The position numbers were made by a program, and so were the translations under genes. This document shows positions 26,266 through 39,366 of a DNA stretch of 64,000 bases, one piece after another. Origin of the DNA: Thelocarpon superellum. Lineage: Eukaryota. Each line of letters opens with the position of its first letter. Position 1 is the stretch's first letter. The DNA is taken from positions 1 to 64,000 of the forward strand of contig JAPEUG010000033.1 in NCBI GenBank assembly GCA_026025795.1, given 5' to 3'. The notes beneath the pieces were generated by a model, which did no database searches, was not told where the DNA came from, and saw only the letters and a list, made by a program, of their open reading frames with translations.

Positions 26266-29200
26266 CTATCGGTCGGGCCGGCGCAACGTGAAGCTGCGTC
26301 GCAGGGACTCGCCCCACGCCGAGTTGTCCAGCACTTCCATGACGTCTTGCGCGCTCACCGAGCTGTTCTGTCGCGTGTGAGCCCCCTCGCCACCCTCACC
26401 CGGGCTCGACGCGGGGCTCAGGCTGGCGGGCGCCCAATCGAACCCGTCCGCGTATCCGGGCCGATGCGGCGACAGTCCCAACGACCGCTCGCCGTCCAGG
26501 GCCGAGTGCCCGGGCGACGGCGGACGCGACTCAGTGCGATGACGTAGAGTGCGATGCGACGGAGAGCGCATGTCAATGCTGCTGCTGGCCTGGTGCACCC
26601 ACGGTGAGTGCGACGCCATCAGATCCGCCGGCTCGCCCCGTCGCGCCGCGAGCGGATTGTCGTCGTCGTCCACGTAGATCTCGGGGACGCCAAAGCTGGG
26701 GATCGACTGCATCCGGGCCGAGTCGCGATGGTCAATCATCCGATGGCGCCAGCGAGACCAGAACCTGTGCCGCGTCAGCGCGTGCTCCATCTCCCACATC
26801 GCCCATTCACCACCTACATGGTATCGAAGAAGCCAATCACGATGTTTCTCCGTACCGCCTCCTCCACGCGTTGCAGGCGCGCGCGGCGACGAAGGAATTC
26901 CTCAAGCCTGCGACAGATCAGCGGAAGACCACGTCGTGCTTCCGAACGACACCTACTTGAGACTCTTCGTGTCCTTGATGACGTTGTAGTGCGCCAGGAT
27001 CATGAGGACCGAGGTAAAGGAGATGCCGCGGTCCGGGTCGGCCGACACCATGACCTCCTCGTAGAAGACGTTGAGCTTGCGTCGCCGTCGACGCACCTCC
27101 GCCACAGGGATCTGGGCAATGCGTGCCCGCAGCTTGTTGAGATCCACGCCATCCACCATGGTGCGCGAGTGGGGCGGCACCGCGCGGCCCATGCCGGCGT
27201 CCTGCCGGCAGTCCTCGAGGATGCTGCCGACCGTGTAGTCGCCATCGTAGATGCGCATCTCGAAGATGCCCGAGAGCTCGCCAAGCAGGCGCGGAAAGAC
27301 CTCCTTGGGGATGAAGCCCGTGCCCTCCGGGTCGAACGTGGCCCAGGCCTGCTTGAAGCGCCGCGTCTCCTCGCGCGACACCACCGACAGTCCATTCGAC
27401 CGCTGGTACACGTAGCTGAAGCTCTCGAAGATGAGCGAGACGAACAGACTGACGAAGATGTACATGCTCAGGATGTTCCACGAGATGAAGAGCACACGCG
27501 CCCACGCGGCGCTGCCGCAGTCGCTGTCGAAGAAGTTGCCGTCGCTGACGCAGTAGGGCTCCGAAATGTGCGCGTAGTCCTCCATGATCTGGTTCCAGCC
27601 CTCGCCGCTGCTCATGCGGAAGAGCAGGATCAGCGCCTTGGGCACGTCGCGAAAGTTCAAATTCACGGTCTCATTCGGCCCGAAGCGCGTGAGGCCAAAG
27701 GTCTGCGTGAGCGCGATGGCGAACGTCAAGAAGAGGACGAACCACGTGGCCAGCAGGTTGCCCAGCGCCGCCAGACTGGCGGCTGCCGTCTTGAAGAGCT
27801 GGTCCAGCTGGTTGTTCCGCGGGATCAGCAGGAGCGCGATGGAGACCAGGAAGAGCTTGTGCATCTGCGTGTAGAGGTGCGAGTTGAAGTCCGACAGCAG
27901 CAGCACGGTGCTGATGAGCGCCCCGACCACGGCGAAGACCGAATACAGGTCCCACGAGCTCTTGCGAAAGCGTGCCCAGCTCAGGCCGACCACGCGGATG
28001 ACGATGTTGGCCAGGTAGAAGATGTTGAAGACCAGGAAGACGTAGGTGCGCACCACCTCCCACCACGCCTCTTCGGGGTAGAACTCCAGCACGAGCAGGA
28101 TGAGATGCAGCACCAGCACCATCGTCACCAGGCGCTGCCATTTGCCGTGCTTCTTAACCGCGTGCCGGTAGCACCAGTTGCGCCACTTCTGGTGCGGCTT
28201 GTTCGACGGCCGCTTCGAGGGCGAGATCTGCCAGAGCAGCTTGCGCAGCTCGAGCCACGACCGCTGGTCTGCCGTGAGGAAGGCGACGCCCGTCTGCTCC
28301 GTGTAGTTGCGCATGAAGACGGAGATGAAGAGGGTCAGCACGAAGACGGCGCCGAGCAAGTTGAAGATGATGAAGAAGATGGCGTTGCCCGGCGACGCGT
28401 TGAGCTGCGGCTGCAGACCCAGACCCGTCATCATCTGCGCCTGCCACGACACGTCCGTCCAGCCCTCCTGCGACACAATCTGGAAGAGGATGAAGAGCGA
28501 GCTGCGGAAGTCGTCGAAGCTGAAGTAGTTGATGTTGGTATTCGACCGCGGCTGCAGCACCGCCCAGCCGTCATTGGCCGGCTGGTTGTAATACTCGCCC
28601 ACGCAGTCGGCCGTCAGGTTGGTGATGCTGTTCTGGAAAGGCGCGTTGTCGTTGCACTGCTGAAACTGCCCGTTGAACAGGTTCAGGCCGTAGATGGCAA
28701 AGGGCACGAGCAGCGAGAGCGACACGAACACGGCCGAGACGATCTTCAGCACGCCGAGCACGATGACGGACTGAAAGGTGTCCCGCGCGCTGTCGCTAAA
28801 GTTAAGCAAGCGCAGGGCACGCAGGGCCTTGAAGGCGCCCACGGCACGAGACACGGCCCCCTCTTGGTAGAGCGAGGTGCCGACGTTGACCCACAGCGTG
28901 ACCAACACGAGACCGTCGATGGCGCCCCACGCGCCGCGGAAGTAGGCGTTGGGCGTGAAGAAGAAGCCGTCGGCGACGACCTTGATGACGGCCTCGACGG
29001 TGAAGAGGATGGCGAAGCCCATGTCGGAGAAGACGAACCAGTTGCGCACGCTGAACCTGTGCTCCTGGAAATACTGGCGCTGGTACAGGGGCGTGGTGAC
29101 GCAGGCCAGGAGCACCATGGCGATGATGGCGGCGTAGACGAAGGCGGAGAAGCTGAACCACACGATCTTGATCGGCTCGACCCCCTGAATGCGCGCTCCG

Positions 29201-32200
29201 CCACGACCGGGGCCGACGATGCGCTGGCAGAAGCGCCGGATCGGATTGTTCGGCTTGAACAGGTAGAGCGAGTCGTTATATGTCGGATGCTTGACCAGAT
29301 ACTCGCGCTGCGCTCGCTTTCGCTGTTCCGTGGCCGACACCACGGCCTGCGCCATGGCGCGCGGATCGAGTTCCTCTTGCTCGTGCGAGAACTGGAGACT
29401 CGAGTAGAAGGGGTTGGCCTCGCGTCGACGGTAGAAGGACGTGAGTCGGTTGAAGACTCCCGACCACGTGCCCGGCTTTGGCCCCAGCGGAATCGTCGAG
29501 GCTCGGTTGGTCTCCTGTCCGGGCTTGGGATTCAGCGGCTCGGCTTGCTCGTCGAGAAACTCTTGCACCACCGCATCCTTCAAGAGCATCTCGATCGAGG
29601 CGGGCCCATAGTCCAAGGGATCTTTCTGACGCCGGCCCCGGCCCAGGTGGAAGATGCTCGAGAGGGAGAGATTCGAGTGCATCGAGGTCGCGAGATCCTT
29701 CCGCTGCACGAAGGCGCGCACCTGGTAGATCCGCTTGGCATCCTCGGACACGTCGAAGTTCTCCTGGATGACCGCTATGAACATGTTCAGGACGATGAAG
29801 TTGGCGAGGATGAACCAGAGGATGTTAAAGGCCGCCCCAATCCAGGAGGAGCCGTAGGGCTTCCCAAAGGACGTGACGTTGTACAGGATGAGCGTCCAGT
29901 TCTCGCTGGAAAGGATCTGATACATGCCGAGGAAGGCATTGTAGATGTTGTAAAAGTTGATGCGGATGTAGTTGCCGTTGATGTCCAGCACCGGGATCTG
30001 GCCGCGGAATAGCTGTACGGCAAAGATGGCGACGAGGAAGGTCAAGAGGAAGACGAAGATGATGAGGTTCAGGATACCGCTCACGTTGCCCAGAACGGTC
30101 ATGATCAGATTCCGGATGACCGGGACGGCCAGGACGATACGGTAGATCCGCAGGATCTGGAAGATGGTCAACCAGGCATAGGGCTGGCCCGAGTTGTGAA
30201 TGAAGGGGATCTGCATCACCGTCGTGATAATGGCCAGGCCGAGGTCGACCCAATTGCGCCGGCTGCGGTGGAAGTGGCGCCAGTCGGCGGCGAAGCGCAG
30301 GACGATCTCCACAAGCAAGATCAGAGTCACGACGGTCTCGGAATTGTCGATGAAGCTCCGACGCTGATGGCTCATGCCTGCGCTCCGAAAGGCCTGTACG
30401 ACCAGGCCATAGACGATGACCAGGTCCCAGATCCAGGCGGTCTGATCGTAGCGACGCTTGAGCGAGCCGATGCGCCGCGGTGGTGCCGGCTCTTCGTCAG
30501 CCTCCATCAGGATCTCATCGCCGGTCGCGGTGAAGGCGCTCGCCTTGCTCTCCTCACGGATGACCTGGAAGGAGGAGACGATGACCGCGACGAGCAAATT
30601 GATCAGCCACAGGGAGAGGATCACCATGCCGGCGGCGAAGAAGAGCGCGGCGGAGAGGTAGTCGCTCTGGGTGGTGTAGTACATCAAGTCGGTGTAGGTG
30701 TTGGAGCTCATGATGACAAAGACGACCTCGAGCGATTGCAGAATGTTATCGAAACTCACGGTGCCATTGTATTGGCTCTCCTGCTCGACGCACAGTGAAT
30801 TGCGCGGGCAGATGTAGCCCTTGGCTGACCCGGGTTCTTGAGGCCCGCCCAGACCGTGAAACCACGACTCGGCTTCGCCGGTGACATTGTTGAGCTGGCC
30901 GCCGCAGAACTGATACTGTTGCGTGTAGGTGGGCAGGACGCCGTTTGGATCGGGATCTACGAAGACACAGGTGCGGCGAAAGCTCGACTTGAAGTTCTGC
31001 AGGCCGACTATGGCAAAGAGCAGCCAGAAGAAGCCGATGAGGAAGGCGACGTTGGCGAGGAGCGGCGCCGCCTTCTTTAAGCTGCGCAGGATGACGGAGG
31101 TCCCGCTGGTCAGTCCCAAGAGCCGCAGGATGCGCAGACAGCTGAGCATGCGAAAGACGTAGATCTGGTGCGTCGATTCGAGGCCCAGGATGGCCAAGAT
31201 GAAGGAGATCCAGAAGGACACGACGGCCAGGAAGTCGAGGCGGTTGAAGGAATGGCGCAAGAAGGCACGGCGAGCGAGACGCATGCGCTGCTGCTGGCGC
31301 GTGTTTCCGGGCTGGTCGGCGAGGGAGGGCCGTCCGGTGAAGGAGCGCAGGATGGAGGGCTGTGCGGGGTCGGAGACCGCGGGCATGGCCTTGTTGCGAG
31401 AGAGCTGGCGCTGCGGGGACAGGAAGTCCTGCGTCTTCTTCACGATGGCCAAACGCAGGCCCTGGCGGCGGTCGAGGCTACTGTGCTCCTCAGGGTTGAG
31501 GACGAAGCCCGAGACGATGATGCGCGCGACCAGCTCGACGGTGTAGATGATGAAGAGGCCAAAGAGAGCAATATCGATCCACGACGAGGGCCAATGGTTT
31601 GGGCGCGGCGATTCGAAGACGTTGGGGGCGGATTGGATGGCGAGTAGGATGGTCTGAATGACGATGAGGACGAGGATGAAGGGCTCGGTGACGGGGTGCA
31701 CCAAGAGGTCGCACAAGCGGCGGCGGATGAGGTTCTCGGCGGGGAAAATGCCGAGAGTCTTGCCGCGGAGAGGATTCTCCTGCACAGGCCATGGGACGGG
31801 CGCGACAAAAGGCGCGGCGGCACCGCCGGGGCCCTTGGAATCCGGAGTGACGGTGGGCGATTTCTCAATGGGGGTGGGCGGATCGGCCCGTCCGTTGTCG
31901 TGGGCGTAGTCGAGCATGGCGGGAAAGGAGGGCGGCTCCGTCATACGGGCTTGGGATGGCTTCCGACGGATGCTTTGCTCGACCGGGTCGGGTTCATTGC
32001 TCAGGTTGACGACGCGCTGCGACATCTTGCGTACCATGGAGCTGGCGGCGGAGAGGGGCGACAGAGAGGCCGACGGGGACAGCGAACGGCCCGAACGGGT
32101 GGCGGAGGTCTCGGAGCGTCCCCGCCGGCCGGCGTTGCCCGCCTCGGCCGAGGGGAGATCATCGCCTAGGCGGGCCCCACGCGAGGCCGAGGTGCTAATG

Positions 32201-32829
32201 CGCACATTGTGAAAGTCGGCGGTGGACCCTAGGGCGGGATTCTGCGCGGCGCCGCTGATGGGTTGGAGGGCGCGGGGATCGGTCAAGGGGGTGGTGTCGC
32301 CGTCGGCATCGCCGGGCGGATAATAGTACTGGCTGTCTTCGCTCGTGCGGCGGCCGGGACGCGCGTAGGAGCGCAGGGCGGGATGTTGCTCGCTCTGGTC
32401 CACCGCCAGGGTAGGTCGGGGCGGCTTCGTCGATGATGACGGCGGCGTCGGCGGCGGCGGAGACGGTGCTCCACCTTGGAAGCTCAAGCCGGTGAAACCT
32501 AAGGCTGATTGGAAGGCACTTAGATCCTCAATGGGTGAGCCCGCGTTCGAATCCTCCGCATGAGTGTAGGCACCCTCGGCTCGGACGGAGGTGTTGACGT
32601 CGGGATGGAGCCGTGGCGGCTGTCGGCGCGGACGAAGGGGCGAGTCATCGAACCCTGGTGGAGTCGGCCCATTGCTGGCATTTCTTCCCCCCAACAGATC
32701 GCGCTGTCGGCCACCACCCCGTGCCCCTCGGTCGGTGATATCCCGGGAGTCGGGGGGTGGAGGGAGTTCGCGGAGCTGGATGGATTGGGGTGTGGAAGGT
32801 TCTTGGGCGGGGCGATTGTTGGAGGCCAT
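26266..32829 (-). CDS. CCH1: High-affinity plasma-membrane calcium channel Cch1 (four-repeat Cav/NALCN-like)
   Basis: 1958-aa first exon with four 6-TM repeats. Pore loops MSSNTY / LSSENW / VSQEGW / SSGEGW give an N-E-E-E filter. EF-hand-like TFDPEGTGFI. Two 3' introns lead to RLEEFLRRRARL and the stop at 26266. Confidence 0.97.
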
Positions 32830-33829
32830 GGTGGGACCGGCGGAGCCCGAGCAACCCGAGGCGGGACCTCACATCAATACCGGACCGCCATGACCACGTT
32901 GACGTCGACGCATCTGCCACGTTCTTGTCACGAGCGACACAATGGCACGCCGGCGGGTGCGAATAGGGGATGGAGGGGCGCGATCCTGCCCGGATGAAAC
33001 GTTGTCGCTGATGCGGCGTAGAAAGGAATCGCGAGACCGAGCTCGAGCGAGGTTCGTGAATCAAGCCAGTCGTGGGGTGTCGTGAAAGTCTTGGCGGGTC
33101 GCGACCCAGGTTGATGGCTGGAGTGGCAGTCGCAGTGGGGGGCCTTCGGTGACGGATTGCGGCTCGTCCGTGGTAGATGGTGAGCGCAGTTGAAGGCGCG
33201 CACCCTTCAAGTGGATAACGATGCAAGCACGGGTACGTCGTCGTCCGTCCGGCCGAAAGGACCATGCACTGATTGCTGGTGTCGCAGGCCGCACTGCCGA
33301 CACGTCGTCGAATTCACTAGCTTTTCCCCGTTAGGGTGTTCGAGGATGGATGGCCCTGAAGAGGTCCGCCACCGGGTGGGGGGCGTTGGAGCGTGCAGGG
33401 GGCTTTCCAGATTTAGAGGCCGGGGATTCGCTACCGCCCGTGCCATTCGGCGCAGGGAGGATTTGTTACGGAGTCAGCCCGACGACCAGCCACGACTCCA
33501 GTCAGGTAAGTTAGTGTCTACTCGAACCTGTTGGTGCACTGAGACCACTAAGAATAGATGATGATGTCTGTCGATATGCATCTCGATGAGAATGATATTT
33601 CTATCCTGTACGCATTCATCAATCCACCCGTCTGGCCTCTCGGGAATATGTCGGCCCAAGGCGAAGGAAACGATGAGCTGCTGATGAAACAGGCAGACAA
33701 TAGGGTCTACACTGCGTGACCACGCTCACGCTAACATGCCAGCGGTACACGCGTGGCCAACTGCAGTACGATTGTCTCGTGACCTCGACAAGTCCCACAG
33801 GTAATTGTCACTGAGGGGGCTTAGACGCT

Positions 33830-34240
33830 GCAATGTTGAGGATATTGCGAGTCGCTTGCTACGAGACTGCGCACTTATCAGGTCCAACTTGCACCAACGC
33901 CACACAATATTGCCATCGTCATTGCCATTGTCATTGCCATCGTCATTGCCATCGTCATTGCCATCGCCGTCGCCATTCCACCCGCCACCAGAGCTTATCC
34001 TCATGGTCTGCGTCTCTGATACTCACTCCACCACATCGGCACTGCCGCCCGGTGATGTTCTAACCCACGCCGGAGGTCTCACAAACAAGGGCTTCTTTGC
34101 TGAGCTGCAGCGCCAGTCTTACTGGCTTGAAACGCAGATCCACAACAAGATTGTTATTGCCAGCAATCATGATCTGCAGCTGGGCCCGACCTTTGTCAAG
34201 CGTTTTCCCGAGCGCATCTTTGAAGCTCTGGGTCGATTTC
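33830..34240 (+). pseudogene. Degenerate, truncated calcineurin-like metallophosphoesterase (MPPED-like)
   Basis: VCVSDTH is intact, but HAGDLT has become HAGGLT and VIAGNHD has become VIASNHD. Similarity is lost after FPERIFE, and the two C-terminal His motifs are not found. Confidence 0.75.
33910..33977. repeat. 12-nt tandem repeat (TTGCCATCGTCA) x~5.5
   Basis: Directly visible. Encodes (LPSS)n in the pseudogene frame. Confidence 0.9.
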
Positions 34241-35468
34241 ACATATGGGTATCAACGGCTGCGGTCGCTTTTGTGAACGGCCATCTACATCGCGCTGCGT
34301 CAAAAGCTTTCTGCCCAGCCTTCACGAGAACGAGCCTCGTAAGCACCGCCGTGTTGCGCGGATTGAATACCGAAGCAGTGAGAGGATCAATCACCTTATT
34401 GCTTTAGTGCTAGGCACAGCAACCCTCCCTCTGCCTCCTGACGAAGACGAGCCTGAGGCCGCACGAATCCCCTGCGCTTGTATAATGCGCAGGTGAGGTA
34501 GCCGATGTAGAATACTCTTCCCCTTCAGCTGCGGCGATGGTCGCCCGTCCTCGCTTGCATCTGTACTCGTGCTGTCCTCGTGTGTTGGGACGTTCAATGC
34601 TACTAATAAAACCATTTCCGGAGCCATTCCGTCGCTTCTAGGTTTCGATTCTAGGTGGAAAGGTGCCGGCCCGGAATGGCTCCAATCCCCAGAGGCTTCG
34701 GTTGACGTGAACGGGAATCTCCAATATATCTGTGTGCACGGGGAGTTCCTCGTACGCATCACGGCTTCTGAAGAGACCGATGCACAGCGCTTGCTGCTGA
34801 TCAAGCTGACGACAACTCTATACTTAGATGAACTGTCACAGACTCGGTAGCAGCACCCCTCCATCCTTGCACAGATGTCCCAGTACCCGGCTTTATCTCA
34901 TCCGAGCCCTGATGCGTAAGAGCAGGATGTACCCTTCCCGTAGGCCGTGCGAATTCCCACCCGACCGGCGCTTGTCCCTCGTACCGATGCTTGACGTCCG
35001 CGTGGTCTGGCGGTCTGATGGAAGAGTTCTCGCTAGGGGATTTCCCGTCAGACCAACCAATTCCTCGGGCCGCCCGGGCGCGCCTTGGCAGTCTGGGGTC
35101 TTCCATCGTAGATTGGAGTGTCGATCAGTGCGAGTGGGACGAAATCGGTGAAGTCACCACTAGAGGTGGAGTAGTTCGTGGGTACGAGTGCCGGACGACC
35201 AGTACTGCCTCGCCCCACCACAAGGACCAGGGCCGTTTGTCAAATCGACTCGGCGGACGGTGATGCCGCACCTTGCCCTGCATCATTGTTGAGGTCCTGC
35301 GATCTGGTGGTCCCTGCTCCTACAGCATCGCGTGACCCCCTACGCCCGTCGTGGTCTCCTCCGCTCCTGGCTGCCGTCTCTTATCGTCGAGGCTGGGCGG
35401 CGAATGAAGGCCAGTGGCAAGTCACCCTCGTCGCCGCGCTCTTGAGCCGGGCTCGACCACCATGAGCC

Positions 35469-36547
35469 ATGGTATGATTGCCCCCATCTGGCGCGAGCTG
35501 CGCACCCGGTCGCCGCGCTTGTGCTGACATGATTCTCCTCCGGCCTAGGGCTGCTGTCTGTCCTCGTCCAGGCATCGAGATGCCGACCCGGCAGGTCCCT
35601 ATACCTCAAGCACCGGCCATGGGCCAAGCGGGGACCTCTCGACCCGGGCCATCGCCGACGACCCATCGAACGTGTCTCGCGGCAGCGACGCTGAAGCACG
35701 GACGCCGTCGACGACGACGCAGGTGCGACGGCGACGGAGCGAGACGCTCAACGAGCAGTTCAACAAGCCGCTGAAGCGTCACGTCTGGTCCTCCACCAAG
35801 CAATGGACTCGGGAGATGTTGGATCGCGAGCGGGAGGAGTACTTTGATACTCGCGTGACGGGGCGGCCCGAGACATGGCACGCATTGCGCATGGCCATTG
35901 AAACCATGGATGACGATCTCAGCACGGCACAAACCATCATCGACGCTGCGGGCATCACCATACCCACAGGTTCGCTCCACTCCGAATGCCCCCCTCCCCC
36001 CCAGGAAAGACCTCTCACTGACCCCCTCTCAGGCGATCTAATCAACGGGGTCTACGACGAGATCGGCAATTACTATCAGATCCCCGAACCGTGCATCTCG
36101 GATCCGCTCAACCTAGTGGCAGCCAGCGAGGCCGACGAAGCCACTAAGGATGAAATTGGCACCGAAATCGAAGACGAAACGGAGGCACAACGCCGCCGCG
36201 AGGAGAAGGGCAAGGCCGTCATTCCAGCCACGGAGATGCACGCCGTCACGGCCCGACTGAGCGACCGGGGCGGTCCCGATGTCCACGTCGGCCTGGGCCG
36301 AGAACAACCGGTGCGTGTACTCGTGCGGAGAATACAGGAAGAATCGGGGGTACGTTATGCCATGCCCATTATCGTCATCGGGCCTTCCCGTCCCCTTCTG
36401 AGTCGCTCGAAACTAACAGCGAGCTAGATCACCGGCCGCAACAAGATCCGAATCGCATACATGGGCCGGATCCTCAAAGACGGCGAAACCCTAGCATCTC
36501 AGGGATGGCACGAGGGACATGTCGTCAACGCGCTGGTTTTCCCCTAA
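35469..36547 (+). CDS. Ubiquitin-domain protein (UBTD1/2, DC-UbP family), predicted N-myristoylated/palmitoylated
   Basis: ATG|GTATGA intron, then GCCLSS. Motifs WTREMLDREREEYFDTRVTGRPETW and GDLINGVYDEIGNYYQIP. C-terminal ubiquitin-like segment RIAYMGRILKDGETL. Confidence 0.88.
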
Positions 36548-37849
36548 CAACAATCTTTCCGCTCTTTCCGCGCTTTCCGCATTTCGGAGTCATCCTTATC
36601 GGCATCTTGGACTGCGCTGGACTGGATTGGATTGAATTTGGATTGCAATGTGTCCTTGGGATCACCCATGGCCCTACTCACCACATCTCCACGAGATGAA
36701 GCTACGAAAAGGCAAATACATACGGGAGACGGAAAAGGAAGAAGGGAAGGAGGGAGAGCATGCAAATCATGGAGGAGGAGGAAGAACCAATAATGGATAG
36801 CGACAGCACGCGTGAGCTTGGGCGTGGACTTGGGCGCAGGCGTAGGCATAGGCGTGTCGATCATATCTCGCCGTCTCTCTCTTATGCATCATCTTGGTGC
36901 TAAATCGTCTCGCGTCGCGTTGGTATTTGCTGGGCATGCAGCGAGAGAGCACGGGAAAGGAGAGACGGAGAGGGAAAAGGAAGGGAAAGGAAAGGGGGGA
37001 GGACGAAGGGGGACATGTCAAGAATCAAGCAGAATCAAATTGATATCACGTCGCTTCACATCACTTCCAGCATGAGTCGATATTCTCCCCGTCCACTTCT
37101 ACGCACGACAGCAACAAATGCTAGCATAATGTAATATATCCTAAGTACAACCCTTCACTGAAAATTAATTAGCTATTAAGTGCGCGGGACGACGCCGGTG
37201 CTACATATCGCCGACAGACTATTATCTGTCACCTTGCCTCTTCCTTCACCCCTCTCTTCATGCGTCTTCCTCCCTCCTTTCCGATCCTTGCCTTTGATGC
37301 CCTCGCTTGCGCTGGGTGAGAGAAGAACCAGGGAGAGGAGGGCCGAGATGGGAGGGACGGATTCGCTCGGTGACAAGTCACGCCGCCCCGGTGGGCGCCA
37401 AGGAAATACACAGTGCAGCAGCGCGAGCATACAAACGAACGAACGGGTCAGAGTCACTTGCACTCACGCACTCACGCACTCCCTCACTCAATCACAATCA
37501 CGCACATCATGAAGGGAGTTGCGAAAATGGCAGCTGGGTATCGACAAGCACGAACAGGACACAAAACAACAAAACGAGTGGTGGACTGTACTGTGGGTAT
37601 CTGGGTATCTGCTTTCCATCCATGCATAGGTGAGAGGGGAGAGGAGGGCCGGGGGGCGGGAGGACAAGGTCCGCAAGATCCCGAGAAACACAGACGAATC
37701 GACTCTTCATACTTCACGGCACACTTTTAAAGACGGTTTTGGGGTGGGCTCGCACAAACGCCGGACGGTAATCCTCTATTGGCATCGTGAGACTTGACTG
37801 AGGGGGCCCGTCATGACGTCGTCATCGGAGTTCGAGTGGGTCGTATCTC

Positions 37850-39366
37850 TTACGCGGTGGCTTCCACTTGGGCCGGAGCCTGACCGACCGTGACCGCGTC
37901 CGGGACAACATCGCCGATGGCACCGTTGGCGTGCTCAGCAGCGGGCTCCTCGGCCTTGGGGGCCGCCTCTTCCGTCGTCGCGGCTTCCGGAGCAGCGGTG
38001 GGCTCGCTCTCGGTGGCAGCGGCGGTGCTCGACTCCGTGGCCGGGGCCGAGTCCTTCTTGCTATCACCAGACTTCACGGCGCGGCTGGGCTTGCGGAAGA
38101 TGCTGTTGAGCTTGGGCAGCGGGGAGATCTGGCCCGACTTCTTGGGCTCCTCGGCGGTCTCAGAGTCCGAGGTCACGGCAGACTTGACCTTGCGCGCGCT
38201 CAGTCCGCTGAAAAATGAAGAGCGGCGCTTCTCCTTGGCGGCCGGCTCCGCAGCGGGAGTGACGGGCGCAGCGGCCTCAGTCTCCGTGGCGGCGGGCTCG
38301 GCGGCCGGGGTTGCCTCGGTGGCCTCGGCAGCGGGCTCAGTGGCTGTGGCAGCCTCGGTGACGGCAGGCACCTCGGGCTCAGTGGCCGCGGGCGTCTCCT
38401 CGGTAGCCACCTTGGTGGCAGCGGCATCTACAGACTCGGAGATGCTGGGGCCAGCCGGGGTGATGTCTTTGTCCTTGGGCGGCACGCTAGGCGCCACGCT
38501 CTTTTCCGTCTTCTCAATCGTCGGGCTGGTCGACTCCTTCTTCTGGAACAGCGAGCCGAAGAAGCTGTTACGCTTGCTGTGCTTAGGGCTTTCCGTCGCG
38601 GCAGCGGTCGCAGTCGTTGTCGTTGAGGGCACGGCGGGCTCGACGGCAGCCGGGGCGGCGGCGGCTTCGGCGTCCTTGTCAGGCACGGACGGTGCGTCGG
38701 TCGTCGTATCCGCGACGGGCACAATGGGCTCGGCTACAAGAGACGTTAGGCACCTGTGTATGCAGCAGGAGAAGTATCGACGCAAGACTTACCCACAGCA
38801 GGCGTTTCGGTGGCGGCGCTGGCCTCGGTGGCCGGGGTCTCAGCGGAGGCCTTGGGCTCCTCCTTGGCGGCCTTCTCTTCGGCCTTCTCCTCCTTCTTCA
38901 GCTCCTTCTTGGCCTCGTATTCATCCTTCTTGTTGAGGATGGTGCCGAGGATGCCGGTGCGCTTGCGGGAAGCGGAGCGGTCCTTGTTCTTGTCCTTCTT
39001 GGTGCCGAGGCTGCTAAAGATGGACGAGCGACCCTTGCGTTCGGTCGAGGCAGGGGCCACAGGCGTCGTGGGCGCAGCGTCAGTAGCAGGAGCGGCAGCG
39101 TCGGCGGCGGGCTCCGCGGGCGTCTCCGCCACGGGCTCCGTCGGCTTAGGGGCCTCCTCAGCAGCCGGGATCTCCGCCGCGGGCTCTACCGGCGCCTCGG
39201 TAGGCTTCTCTGAGCTCGAGGCGGCGGGAGCCTCTGCGGGCGTGGCCTCGGCGGCCTTCTCAGGCTCGGCAGGAGTGGAGGCGGAGGCGGCGGGAGCAGT
39301 GCTCGACTCGGCCACGACGGGCTTCTCCGCCACAAGCTCCTCAATGGGCTTCTGCACTTCAGTCAT
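37850..39366 (-). CDS. Ala/Glu/Pro/Thr-rich low-complexity protein with basic (K/R)R-x-S-(F/I)F motifs
   Basis: ATG at 39366, one intron (~38792-38738), strong GC3 bias. Repeated motifs RKRTGILG, KRNSFFG and KRRSSFFS. Confidence 0.85.

Noticed and set aside
26608..30012. 1134-aa ORF on the + strand
   Set aside because: It lies antisense to CCH1 in codon register. It is a shadow ORF produced by extreme GC3 bias, with no recognisable motifs.
27590..30720. Asn instead of Glu in the CCH1 domain I pore loop
   Set aside because: N-E-E-E is the normal fungal Cch1 selectivity filter.
34245..34271. MGINGCGRF resembles the GAPDH N-terminal GINGFGR motif
   Set aside because: Similarity does not extend beyond about eight residues, so it is probably chance.
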